A stretch of DNA of 64,000 nt from positions 974 to 64,973 of the IMG/VR virus record IMGVR_UViG_2786546475_000019; one strand, written 5' to 3'. The notes beneath the pieces were generated by a model. It worked only from the letters and a program-made list of their open reading frames with translations. It was not told where the DNA came from and did not search any database. The stretch comes from a virus. Position 1 is the stretch's first letter. Every line of letters starts with the position of its first letter. Below are positions 30,531 to 39,304 of this stretch, piece after piece. The position numbers and the translations under genes are program-made.

Positions 30531-31748
30531 ATGCCTAAATTTACGCTTCTTGATTTTGCGGAAACAGAGACTCAAAGAAAATACGTAAAAGAGTATTTAG
30601 CTGTAAGGTCAATGCAAAAAGTAGCTGATACTTTTTCAGTCAGTAGGCCCGCAGTTTCCAAGTGTTTGAAAAGAGTTCGAGCGTTAGCTATTGTTCAAGG
30701 ATGGGACCCGGACCGTGGGTTTGATAAACCTGTAGCTACTAATCAAATAGCTCACGGAATTAGTAGCTATTACAATTCCGAAGGAGTTAAAACTCAAGAA
30801 TGGGTCAAGTCTTCTCTGAATCTTGATAAACTCAAAGATTTGATGAACGCCCTAGTGGGAGAGTTTAAGAAAGATATTAAACCGATTCGTCCTACAAAGA
30901 TCCTGAAACGAGCTAAATTTTCAGAAGACGCTATTACGTTTTATTTAAAAGGAGATGCTCACTTAGGACTACTTTCCTCCAAAGAGCTTACAGGAGTAGA
31001 AAACCACACTCTGGATTTAGGGATTCAGGTTAATAAAGCAGCTACCGCCAATTTGATAGATCGAGCAGCTCCAACTAAAATTGGAGTTTTAGTGAATTTA
31101 GGAGACGTCCTACACGCTAATGATAGCTCTGGCTTGACTCCTCGGAACCGCCATAAGCTGGACACTCATCTTAATTTTACAGAAGTTGCTCGCGGTCTTA
31201 GAAAATTGCTCTTGTGGGAAGTGGCTCAAGCTTTAAGTAAACACAAAGAAGTTTGGGTAGTTAACGTGAAAGGCAATCATGACCCGGACCCTGCAATCTG
31301 GATCAACGAAATTCTTGAAACAAAATATGAGAATGAACCAAGAGTTAAAATTATTCCCAACGCTCAACCTATCATTCCTTTAGCTTTTGGGGACTCTGCT
31401 GTTTTCTTAAGGCACGGAGACAAAGCCCCTCACTCTAGGGCGTATGAAGTTATTACGTCACATGAGGAGTATTCAGAAGTTTTCTGTAACGCTCGCCCTG
31501 CAAACACCTACGTGTGGTCCGGACATATACATCATGAAACCAAGAAAGAAATTGGTAAAACTAAGATTGAAACGTTCCCAAGCTTAGCTCCAATTGATTT
31601 ACACCACGCTCAATCGTTGTACGGAGCTTCCCGTTCAATGGTAAGTATTGAGATACATGAAGAATACGGAGAGATTGCTAGACGAACTTGTAACCATCGT
31701 ATGGCTAAAGAGTTAATTCGAACTTACGCAATTACTTCGGGTATTTAA
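30531..31748 (+). CDS. HTH domain fused to a calcineurin-like metallophosphoesterase
   Basis: N-terminal HTH-like segment (VSRPAVSKCLKRVRALAI). Phosphoesterase motifs VLVNLGDVLHAND, VNVKGNHDPDP, LRHGDK and SGHIHHET. Confidence 0.55.
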   Translation: MPKFTLLDFAETETQRKYVKEYLAVRSMQKVADTFSVSRPAVSKCLKRVRALAIVQGWDPDRGFDKPVATNQIAHGISSYYNSEGVKTQEWVKSSLNLDKLKDLMNALVGEFKKDIKPIRPTKILKRAKFSEDAITFYLKGDAHLGLLSSKELTGVENHTLDLGIQVNKAATANLIDRAAPTKIGVLVNLGDVLHANDSSGLTPRNRHKLDTHLNFTEVARGLRKLLLWEVAQALSKHKEVWVVNVKGNHDPDPAIWINEILETKYENEPRVKIIPNAQPIIPLAFGDSAVFLRHGDKAPHSRAYEVITSHEEYSEVFCNARPANTYVWSGHIHHETKKEIGKTKIETFPSLAPIDLHHAQSLYGASRSMVSIEIHEEYGEIARRTCNHRMAKELIRTYAITSGI

Positions 31749-32255
31749 ATGATACTTCAATGGCTTTCTGATCTGCTTCAAATGTTCACGGACCTCGTTC
31801 CTCGGCCTTTGATTGTGCGGGCTGACGAGGAGCTAGTATCATTTGTCTTTGGTAAATACACTAGGAAGCTTGGGCCAGGTTGGTACATTTCTTGGCCAGC
31901 TTTTGAAGAATTAGAAGTAGTTCAAGTCAAAAGAGATTTTGTTTCTCGCCAACAGAAATTTTGTAAAAACGGCATCACTTATGCTTATTCTTGGCAAGTG
32001 CCTTACGAAATTACTGATGCCTTAAAGATGGTAGTTAACACGTACGACTACCAAGAGACAATTGCTGATTTTGTAGAAGTGTCTTTAGCGGAGTGTTGGC
32101 AAAACTTTGGACCTGCCGAAATTTGTAACCTTGAAACACAAGATAAAGTGTTTGATAAAGTTCGCGGTATTTTGGAAGAGTACGGGGTTGAAATTAAAGC
32201 GTTTCGTATCACCTCGCACTCCGAAGTAATTGCTTTATCCATTTGGGAGAAATAA
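31749..32255 (+). CDS. hypothetical protein
   Basis: 168 aa. Confidence 0.4.
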   Translation: MILQWLSDLLQMFTDLVPRPLIVRADEELVSFVFGKYTRKLGPGWYISWPAFEELEVVQVKRDFVSRQQKFCKNGITYAYSWQVPYEITDALKMVVNTYDYQETIADFVEVSLAECWQNFGPAEICNLETQDKVFDKVRGILEEYGVEIKAFRITSHSEVIALSIWEK

Positions 32256-33403
32256 TGCCTTTTCTATTTCGTAACGGCCGCTTAGTTTATCAAGACGGCA
32301 AAGCAGTAGTTAGCGACGATACTACAGAGTGCGTCTGTTGTGATCAAATTGGAGAAGATCCTTGTACGTGTGCCGGGCTCCCTGATGCTATTTACGTCTA
32401 CGCTTACGACCGTTGGGCTTTGCAATATGATAGCTTTAGACCCATGTGGACGTGGGATGAATTCTTGTTTGAGAGGCAAACTGATACAACGTGGGAGAGC
32501 GTGGAGCTTGAAACTCTTAGGTGTGACGGAAGTAACTACTTAACGTGGGACGGCGTTGGATTGTTGCAAGGCCCGGGAAATAGTAATCTTGTTTGTGGGT
32601 GTGATCTTTTTGCAAGTCGTCAACCTTATTATGGGTATTATCGAATAGAGGAGTGCCACCCTGATTTCCAATCTTTTAACGCAACAAATCCTACTAGACC
32701 AATTCCTTGTCCTATTGAGAATCAAAATGATTTCGGGTATTCTATCAGTCGCACACTTAGCGGCTTATTCTTGGGATTTGAAGAATCGTATCTAGGGGGA
32801 GGGACTGGATACGATGGCGGCGAGAGCGGAGCCGGTAAACAATACGGCTACGGTCCATGGCAACGAACCTTGGGAAATGTTCAACGACCTGCGTTCCGGG
32901 ACCCATGTTTAGATTATCCTCCGTGGTTAGGAGCTACAGCTTACGGACCTTCGGCCTATGGAGCAGGGAGCATTGATTTTGACGAGTGTTACTCTCTTGA
33001 GTATTTAGAAGGTCCTTCTGAGACGTACCCTCAAGATTGGCAATATACTTGGGCTTTTGGTTGGAGTCAAGCGGAAGCTCCTAACATTGCCAAGTTTCTA
33101 AATTTGATAATTAAAGGCGATGGTACGCTATCTGTTATCTTCCACCGAGGCGTGCCTAATACAACTCACGCGTACGGCAAACCAATTATGTCGCCCCTGA
33201 ATCCTTTAGAAATTTGGGGAGGTACTGCTACAGGATACGACTTCAATGATAGCTCTCCACAAACTTTTGATATTGAAGTAAAGCGACATGGAATATATGT
33301 CACGCCTTTACCGATGACATACACTTTTACGATTCTTCAACAGAATCCGACAATTGATACTCCAGGCCCAACATCGATTTACACAGGGAGTTTTGAAGCA
33401 TGA
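32243..33403 (+). CDS. hypothetical Gly/Tyr/Trp-rich protein
   Basis: 386 aa. Confidence 0.4.
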   Translation: MGEIMPFLFRNGRLVYQDGKAVVSDDTTECVCCDQIGEDPCTCAGLPDAIYVYAYDRWALQYDSFRPMWTWDEFLFERQTDTTWESVELETLRCDGSNYLTWDGVGLLQGPGNSNLVCGCDLFASRQPYYGYYRIEECHPDFQSFNATNPTRPIPCPIENQNDFGYSISRTLSGLFLGFEESYLGGGTGYDGGESGAGKQYGYGPWQRTLGNVQRPAFRDPCLDYPPWLGATAYGPSAYGAGSIDFDECYSLEYLEGPSETYPQDWQYTWAFGWSQAEAPNIAKFLNLIIKGDGTLSVIFHRGVPNTTHAYGKPIMSPLNPLEIWGGTATGYDFNDSSPQTFDIEVKRHGIYVTPLPMTYTFTILQQNPTIDTPGPTSIYTGSFEA

Positions 33404-33612
33404 GCCAAAGCCAACTTGAAGCTTACGCCAGACAACGTAAGTTTAGGCCCAAGATGGAAAATGTTCAAATTTGTGAACAGTGCGACCACTTAATACGTGA
33501 TCGCTACTGTTCCAAATTTGGCAAGTGTCCTGACGCTCAAAAAGATTTCTTTAAAGCCCTTGAACGAAGTAAATGTCCTTTAGAGAAATTTCCGTCGCAG
33601 CTCAGCGAATAG
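33400..33612 (+). CDS. small zinc-ribbon protein
   Basis: CEQCDH...CSKFGKCPD. Confidence 0.35.
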   Translation: MSQSQLEAYARQRKFRPKMENVQICEQCDHLIRDRYCSKFGKCPDAQKDFFKALERSKCPLEKFPSQLSE

Positions 33613-33996
33613 AATTCTAACTTGCTTAGGAGTTAACTCTAACAAACGCCCGATTTCCGAATACGTATAGTATTGAAGTCGTAAACTTACAGCCCATCGC
33701 TCCTCGACAGTTAGCCTATCTAGGTCAAACTGATCGAGGAATTCTTCTGCACTTCTTGATAATTCTTCAATATCGCCTAACGCTTCGGTATCATTGTTTG
33801 TTTGCATTTTCTTTCGACGACGGTAAGCGTCAATACCTCTCGACCGTAGTAAGGTTCTTAAGTGTGAGATGAATTTCTTTTCCTCAACTAGCTCATGATA
33901 ATTCTCCCACGCTTGTAAAAATTCCAAAGATAGCGAGCAGTCAAATTTAGTTTCAAACTCTCGCAACAAGTAAACATAATCGTCGATCCTTCGCAT
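33580..33996 (-). CDS. HTH protein resembling sigma-70 region 4
   Basis: C-terminal YSEIGRLLELTPKQVRILFAELRRK. Last gene of the minus-strand nucleotide operon. Confidence 0.4.
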   Translation of the reverse strand: MRRIDDYVYLLREFETKFDCSLSLEFLQAWENYHELVEEKKFISHLRTLLRSRGIDAYRRRKKMQTNNDTEALGDIEELSRSAEEFLDQFDLDRLTVEERWAVSLRLQYYTYSEIGRLLELTPKQVRILFAELRRKFL

Positions 33997-34005
33997 GATA
34001 GTCTC

Positions 34006-34593
34006 CTACACTGCTGTTAAGTCTAGCCAACACAATTTTTTGTAAATTTTAGCAGTCAACAACGTATCATAAAGAGCGTCATGCAAACTAGCTTGATCGT
34101 AAGGAATGTCCAAAGCTTTGGCTAATGAGCTAAGCTTCACATCTGGGAACAATGGCTTATGGCCCCGAAGCTCACATCTATCATTGATAAAGTGAGCATA
34201 ATCCATGGTGTCTCTACAGAACCCGTGGAAGTGGAGTCCATAAGTTGCCGACCCATATAGTTTCTCCAACATAGGCCTATCAAAATCTTTGTAGTTGTGT
34301 CCAACTGGCAAGATTCTAGACCATTCCGCTGAGAAGTTTAACCGTTCAACCCAGTCTTCAAACGCATCCATTGCTTGGTCCTGAGTCAATCCATGGATGC
34401 TGGCTTTAGCTGCGTAGGGCGAAGTGATATTTACTTCTGGTTTTATCAACCACTGAACCGCTAGATGTTCAACAGGATCAAGATTATCATTAAGAGGAAT
34501 CATAGCAACTTGCCAGACCTCATCTAGCTCTACATCCGTTCCTGTCGTCTCAGTATCAATGCAGACTAACAAACTTCCTTTATGGTTTAACAT
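34006..34593 (-). CDS. DnaQ-like DEDDh 3'-5' exonuclease
   Basis: Exo I CIDTETTG, Exo II HNYKDFDRPML, Exo III HDALYDTLLTAKIY. Confidence 0.65.
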   Translation of the reverse strand: MLNHKGSLLVCIDTETTGTDVELDEVWQVAMIPLNDNLDPVEHLAVQWLIKPEVNITSPYAAKASIHGLTQDQAMDAFEDWVERLNFSAEWSRILPVGHNYKDFDRPMLEKLYGSATYGLHFHGFCRDTMDYAHFINDRCELRGHKPLFPDVKLSSLAKALDIPYDQASLHDALYDTLLTAKIYKKLCWLDLTAV

Positions 34594-35230
34594 TTTCTAG
34601 GCCCCCAGAATTAAGACCTTTGATAGACTTAGCCAGTTTTAGGGTCTTCGCAATCAAATCCTGAATGCTTCCATCATTTTCCAAAATGAAAGTTGCACGC
34701 TCCTTGAACCGTCCAACATCTTCGGAGACGTGCTCAGGTTTAGGAGGAATCTTGCCCGGACGTTCAAGATAAATTGTAACATCGAACAAATCAAACTCGT
34801 TATCAAACCTAACGTCGTCAGCCAAGAATGAATTTGACCCCATGAAATTTAAAACGCCTCGGACGTGAGCGTCCTTATTAAGCGTTCGAACAATCCCCGT
34901 CCCAAAATATTGCATCAACATTCGAGGAGTCTGCATGATAGGATGGTCCCAATGAGCCACTCGTTCAATTCCTCGAAGCGAAACTCCGCTACGTGTTTGG
35001 AAATGGAGACAAAACTTACGAATAACTCTGGGCCCGATTACTCGTTCATTGATGCGAATGCCTTTGAAGAAACTTTCAAGCCAGAAACATCGCTCCAAAC
35101 CAAAAGTCAAAGACAACGCACTTTTCAAATGTTTAGCCAACGGATGATAGTAAAGCTCTAGCTCTTGGGTAAGAACTTGAGCCACGAGACTTTTTCCACT
35201 TCCTTTGTAGCCAATGATACCTACTCTCAT
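34580..35230 (-). CDS. deoxynucleoside monophosphate kinase (T4 gp1-like)
   Basis: P-loop GYKGSGKS. C-terminal ILENDGSIQDLIAKTLKLAK aligns with T4 gp1 ITNDGSLEELFSKIKNTLK. Confidence 0.6.
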   Translation of the reverse strand: MRVGIIGYKGSGKSLVAQVLTQELELYYHPLAKHLKSALSLTFGLERCFWLESFFKGIRINERVIGPRVIRKFCLHFQTRSGVSLRGIERVAHWDHPIMQTPRMLMQYFGTGIVRTLNKDAHVRGVLNFMGSNSFLADDVRFDNEFDLFDVTIYLERPGKIPPKPEHVSEDVGRFKERATFILENDGSIQDLIAKTLKLAKSIKGLNSGGLENVKP

Positions 35231-35655
35231 TCTTTTTCTCCTTTTTCTGGATTACCGAAACAGTTGTAACAAATACCTTCTACTAAGCAATAAGCTTCAC
35301 AATCCCCGCAATGTTCGCCAAGGTCTGTAGGAATACCATGATATTCGATAGGCTTATTGTGCTCTGTTGCGTAGTCCAACTCAGCTTGAACGCCGATTGA
35401 TTGTCTCCAACCCCACTGAGTTAGAACTATCAAAGATTCACAAAAGCTCAAATACTCTAAGTCAATCTTTTCCCAAAAGTCCCAAGTGGTGGCCACGTTG
35501 GACATATGTTTCTGAAGCTCATGACTGTGAGTAATAGGGCTGTAAACGTTGGTCCCATTCTGAACCAAACGGGCCGCGTACCTTGTGACTACTCCAAACC
35601 GATGGTCTATCATTCGAGAATCAGAGTGAGTGTAAGGGGTAGCTAAATATATCAT
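35227..35655 (-). CDS. nucleoside 2-deoxyribosyltransferase / DNPH1 (Rcl)-like protein (DUF1937-like)
   Basis: N-terminal MIYLATPYTH and a SIGVQAELDYA segment matching the NDT-family nucleophile motif (SxGxxxExGyA). Cys-rich C-terminal tail. Confidence 0.45.
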   Translation of the reverse strand: MIYLATPYTHSDSRMIDHRFGVVTRYAARLVQNGTNVYSPITHSHELQKHMSNVATTWDFWEKIDLEYLSFCESLIVLTQWGWRQSIGVQAELDYATEHNKPIEYHGIPTDLGEHCGDCEAYCLVEGICYNCFGNPEKGEKE

Positions 35656-36347
35656 TTGCTTCTCCGGTTAGCTTGATAATTTGCGATTGAAAACCCACGA
35701 GGAGTCATACTACGAATCTCTTTTACGTTAGGGTGTGATCCTCCAATTTTACCATATTGCCGGGAGTATCCATCTTCTGGTATCACTTTCTTTTTAGGCG
35801 GCATCTTAAACCCGCCACCTGTCCACAGGTATGTTTCCTTCGGGTACGCGTCCCGTGGAGCAATATATTGTGGCCAAGTAGGGTGTTCATCATCTTCTGG
35901 TAAGTACCCACCGTATTCGTACGGGTGAAACTTGTAATCTGGTTTACGCCACAAAGATGATAGTCTCGATTTAGGATTCTCAATGAACCACGGACATTGC
36001 AACTCTGTGAAAACGCGACGACACCAGATAGCGTAACGTGCAGCTTTGTATTGGAAGTCTGGATCGTGGCCTTCTTTCGAGGGCCAGTGAATAATTCCAG
36101 AGACTGCCAAGTCGGTACAAACAGGGAACGCCGCCCCAAATACCACTTCCTTTCCTTGAAAAGTATCAATGATACGCCTAACTTGTTCCAGGTCGTGAAG
36201 GTCAGCCTTGTGGAAATGAATCACGTTGTCCCCGATCCGTTGTCGATGATCTACGTGCTTTATATCGTAAGCATGACATTCGTAACCTGCTCTGGCCCAA
36301 GGATGAAGTAACACCCCGGAGTGATCGTACAAGCTTAAAACTATCAT
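35652..36347 (-). CDS. C5-pyrimidine methyltransferase-like catalytic core without a target-recognition domain
   Basis: Motif I-like LSLYDHSG, motif IV FPVCTDLAVSG (Pro-Cys catalytic dipeptide), motif VI FIENPKS. Only 231 aa, so no room for a target-recognition domain. Confidence 0.45.
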   Translation of the reverse strand: MIVLSLYDHSGVLLHPWARAGYECHAYDIKHVDHRQRIGDNVIHFHKADLHDLEQVRRIIDTFQGKEVVFGAAFPVCTDLAVSGIIHWPSKEGHDPDFQYKAARYAIWCRRVFTELQCPWFIENPKSRLSSLWRKPDYKFHPYEYGGYLPEDDEHPTWPQYIAPRDAYPKETYLWTGGGFKMPPKKKVIPEDGYSRQYGKIGGSHPNVKEIRSMTPRGFSIANYQANRRSK

Positions 36348-37168
36348 ACGGCCACGTCACCTTTGATAGCCGGATGGGGATTGTAACCTTCAAGAATAAT
36401 ATCTTCCCACCGAAGTGATAAAATATTCTCCAAAGGAGATAACACCGGATCAGCTTGCCTTGCAAAACGAAGCTTTGGAGCTTCTTTAGCTGGGCGTCTC
36501 AACTGTAGGTTGACTTGATCTACGTGGTTGTTGTAGATATGAGCGTCGCCAAACGTATGGTAATACGTCTTGGGTTTAAGGTCCGTGGCCCACGCCAAAA
36601 TGTACATAAGCAACACGTAGGATGCAATGTTAAACGGAACGCCAAGAAACATATCAGCAGAGCGTTGATACATTTTCAAGGACAGTTCTCCATTTGATAC
36701 GTAGCATTGGAAAAACATATGGCACGGCGGTAAGGCCGCATCTCCACCTGGAAGGTGATGTTTTGGGTGCCAAGCAGAGCAAATAACTCGTCGGCTGTTT
36801 GGAGACTCAGTTAGGCAATCAAGCACGTACTGAATCTGATCTACGCCGTTGAAGTCTCTCCACATCTTCCCATACACCGGACCAAGCTCTCCGGCAGCGT
36901 CTGCCCATTCGTCCCAGATATGAACATTCAGGTCTTGTAACGATTTGATATTTGTCTCTCCTCGAAGAAACCACATCAGTTCCTCAAATACCAACCGCAA
37001 AGGTACAAACTTTGTAGTGAGCAATGGGAAGTGACTACTGATTGTTCCGTAAATTTGAGGGCCGAATAGACGAATTGTTCCGGTCCCTGTTCTATCATCA
37101 TGTGTTTCTCCGTGGAGCAAAACACTTTTAAGTAATGACAGATACTGTTGTTCTAACGCTGAATACAT
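36344..37168 (-). CDS. thyA: thymidylate synthase homolog (ThyA fold; dTMP synthase or dUMP/dCMP-modifying paralog)
   Basis: Near end-to-end match to the ThyA signature: DRTGTGT, WDEWAD, GPVYGKMWR, SRRVICSAWHP, ALPPCHMFFQCYV, GDAHIYNNHVDQ. Confidence 0.8.
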   Translation of the reverse strand: MYSALEQQYLSLLKSVLLHGETHDDRTGTGTIRLFGPQIYGTISSHFPLLTTKFVPLRLVFEELMWFLRGETNIKSLQDLNVHIWDEWADAAGELGPVYGKMWRDFNGVDQIQYVLDCLTESPNSRRVICSAWHPKHHLPGGDAALPPCHMFFQCYVSNGELSLKMYQRSADMFLGVPFNIASYVLLMYILAWATDLKPKTYYHTFGDAHIYNNHVDQVNLQLRRPAKEAPKLRFARQADPVLSPLENILSLRWEDIILEGYNPHPAIKGDVAV

Positions 37169-37294
37169 TAAGTGCTCCTTTGTTTTAGGTACGTGTCTAA
37201 GGTAATTACTGCTGCTTCAATAGTAGACTTCTCCTGTTCAAATTCTTTCAATAGGATCTCCTGATGATCTTTGGAAAGAATTATCAATGAATTT

Positions 37295-37573
37295 CTAGTT
37301 CTGATTTTTTTTTTTTTGACCTATTTTAACTGCCAGTATTAAATCTTCAACGTTCCAGGCGTCAGTTTCAATACCAGTAAATGATAGTTTTCGATTCTCA
37401 GGACCGGTATAAATTACTCCGCCCAAGTCATAGATCATATTAGATCTGAATGTTGCACTGTCTGGTGTAACATTGTAGACTCGCTCGCAATGAAGAATCC
37501 GTTCACAAGCCGTAGCCCAATCCGAACACCATTGGTTAACAACTACTTCATCTTGGAAATTGATAAATACCAT
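37295..37573 (-). CDS. hypothetical protein (C-terminus encoded by a 13-nt homopolymer)
   Basis: 92 aa. The KKKNQN C-terminus is encoded by A13 on the coding strand. Confidence 0.3.
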   Translation of the reverse strand: MVFINFQDEVVVNQWCSDWATACERILHCERVYNVTPDSATFRSNMIYDLGGVIYTGPENRKLSFTGIETDAWNVEDLILAVKIGQKKKNQN

Positions 37574-37585
37574 AAACAGCCTTTC

Positions 37586-38236
37586 TTAAACCATATTCAA
37601 AGTAATTGGAGGTTTGTCGCTTTTTAAAAGTTTAGCTAGCTTTTCTAACGCTCGCTTTTCAAGTTGACGAACTCTTTCTCGCGAGATATTAAGAGTTTCC
37701 CCAATAGTCTTAAGAGGAATCCCTTGGGCTCGTAGCCTCAAAACTAAAGCATCTCGACTATTTAACTCAAGAAAAGCTTTTTCTAGAGCAATAAGCTCCT
37801 CTTGCCATTCTATCAAATCCCTATCAAGACATTCTAAAGGTGTAACAGGGTTATTAAATAGCCCGTGTAAGGTTTGAAACATTGGAGCACGAGCTATAGC
37901 AGCTTTAGCTCTGTCAAGATGAGCTGGATTTGGAGATACTTTAATTAACTCCACCTTGGTTTTCATGTAAGTTATCATTCGTTGTTTCACCCACGGAGTG
38001 GCGTAAGTTGAAAACTGATAACCTTTACTAGGGTCAAATTTTTTGACCGCCTGACATAACCCACTCATTCCTTCTTGAATTAAATCGTCTAAATCAAGCT
38101 TAGAATTTTTCTTGGCAAAAGACACCGCTATCTTGATAACCAATCCTTGATTATCTAACACTAACCGATTGAGTGCTTCATCAGCTTCCTTTCTAGCAGA
38201 ATGATATTTTTGTAATAACTCGTCATTAGTATCCAC
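37586..38236 (-). CDS. RNA polymerase sigma factor (sigma-70 family, group 3/4-like)
   Basis: Region 2 (GLVIKIAVSFAKKNSKLDLDDLIQEGMSGLCQAVKKFDPSKGYQFSTYATPWVKQRM) and region 4 HTH (LKTIGETLNISRERVRQLEKRALEKL). Confidence 0.7.
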   Translation of the reverse strand: MDTNDELLQKYHSARKEADEALNRLVLDNQGLVIKIAVSFAKKNSKLDLDDLIQEGMSGLCQAVKKFDPSKGYQFSTYATPWVKQRMITYMKTKVELIKVSPNPAHLDRAKAAIARAPMFQTLHGLFNNPVTPLECLDRDLIEWQEELIALEKAFLELNSRDALVLRLRAQGIPLKTIGETLNISRERVRQLEKRALEKLAKLLKSDKPPITLNMV

Positions 38237-38415
38237 AGTTCACTCACAATCTAAAGGGAATTGTTCATGTATTTCCAAACTCACAACCAACTTCCCACAC
38301 TTAGGACAACGAACCGACTGTTTTCTTTTCTTGAGCCGATGCTCAAGCTCCTGTTTTGTTGACCGTTGTTCAGCGGGAAAAGTTGTTTTGACTACCACAG
38401 GCTCCGGGGTTTCAT

Positions 38416-38805
38416 TTACGTCCATAAGTCAACCAAATGTTCAGGAACAGGTTGTAGCTCTCCGTTACGTTCAATCAAAACGCTTCCAGGGCAAACTGTG
38501 TAAACTCTATCACCATAGTCAAGTATAGCATGTTCACTAACGGAACAGTGACAAACCGGACAGAGCCACTCGCCATCAATGTTAGGGTGACGAAAATGTC
38601 TCAACGAGCTGTCGTCCTTCAACGTGTTAAAATGTTTCACGAACCCGCCAAGCTTGATCTCTGCTACGGCTTTCGGGTAATTGAGTTCGAGTAGCTCATC
38701 TTGTGTCAGTGTCACGACCTGACCACGTTTAAATGGTCCACGGTCCGCGAAGCGACCATTGAAATAATGAGCACCTGCCGCTGATAGTTTTACTTTGAAA
38801 TTCAT
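38416..38805 (-). CDS. hypothetical zinc-binding protein
   Basis: CPVCHC...CPGS. Confidence 0.35.
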   Translation of the reverse strand: MNFKVKLSAAGAHYFNGRFADRGPFKRGQVVTLTQDELLELNYPKAVAEIKLGGFVKHFNTLKDDSSLRHFRHPNIDGEWLCPVCHCSVSEHAILDYGDRVYTVCPGSVLIERNGELQPVPEHLVDLWT

Positions 38806-39149
38806 TTCAAAACCTCGTTACACCACTCTTCCAAATCATTCACCCAACGTCCAGCTAAGTTGAACACAAACCATAAATGATACCACTTATGGTCTTTACC
38901 TAACTGCGTTTCGAAAGCTTCCTTCCACCACTCACTTGGTATCTGAAAATTACCCCATCGAGGCGTTTCGTCTCTTGCCCAGCGTTCAAGAACTGTTTGC
39001 ACGGTCCGTGCTACTTGCTTCAAGGAGTCTTCTTCGAATCCTTTCACACTTGCGACAAGTAAATCACGAAGTGATAATCCGTTGTCTTTTGCAAGCTCCT
39101 GAATCTTTTTGCGAGCTACTTCAGACATTTCAATTTTTAATGTTGGCAT
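38802..39149 (-). CDS. hypothetical protein
   Basis: 115 aa. Confidence 0.35.
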   Translation of the reverse strand: MPTLKIEMSEVARKKIQELAKDNGLSLRDLLVASVKGFEEDSLKQVARTVQTVLERWARDETPRWGNFQIPSEWWKEAFETQLGKDHKWYHLWFVFNLAGRWVNDLEEWCNEVLK

Positions 39150-39304
39150 TCATTTTCTCCGATACGAAAATATAGATTGTACGAAACGTTAGACTAACAG
39201 TCACAAACCAAAGCACAATGAACGTAGGAAATGAGTGCCAAGCTTTCATATCACAGTGATGTAAGAAATATGCCAACAAATACCCCGAAGCAATTGTTAA
39301 TAGG

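Noticed and set aside
35783-36311. ORFs 35783..36169 (-) and 35997..36311 (+) overlapping the C5-MTase-like gene
   Set aside because: They are alternate-frame or antisense to a motif-supported, translationally coupled gene.
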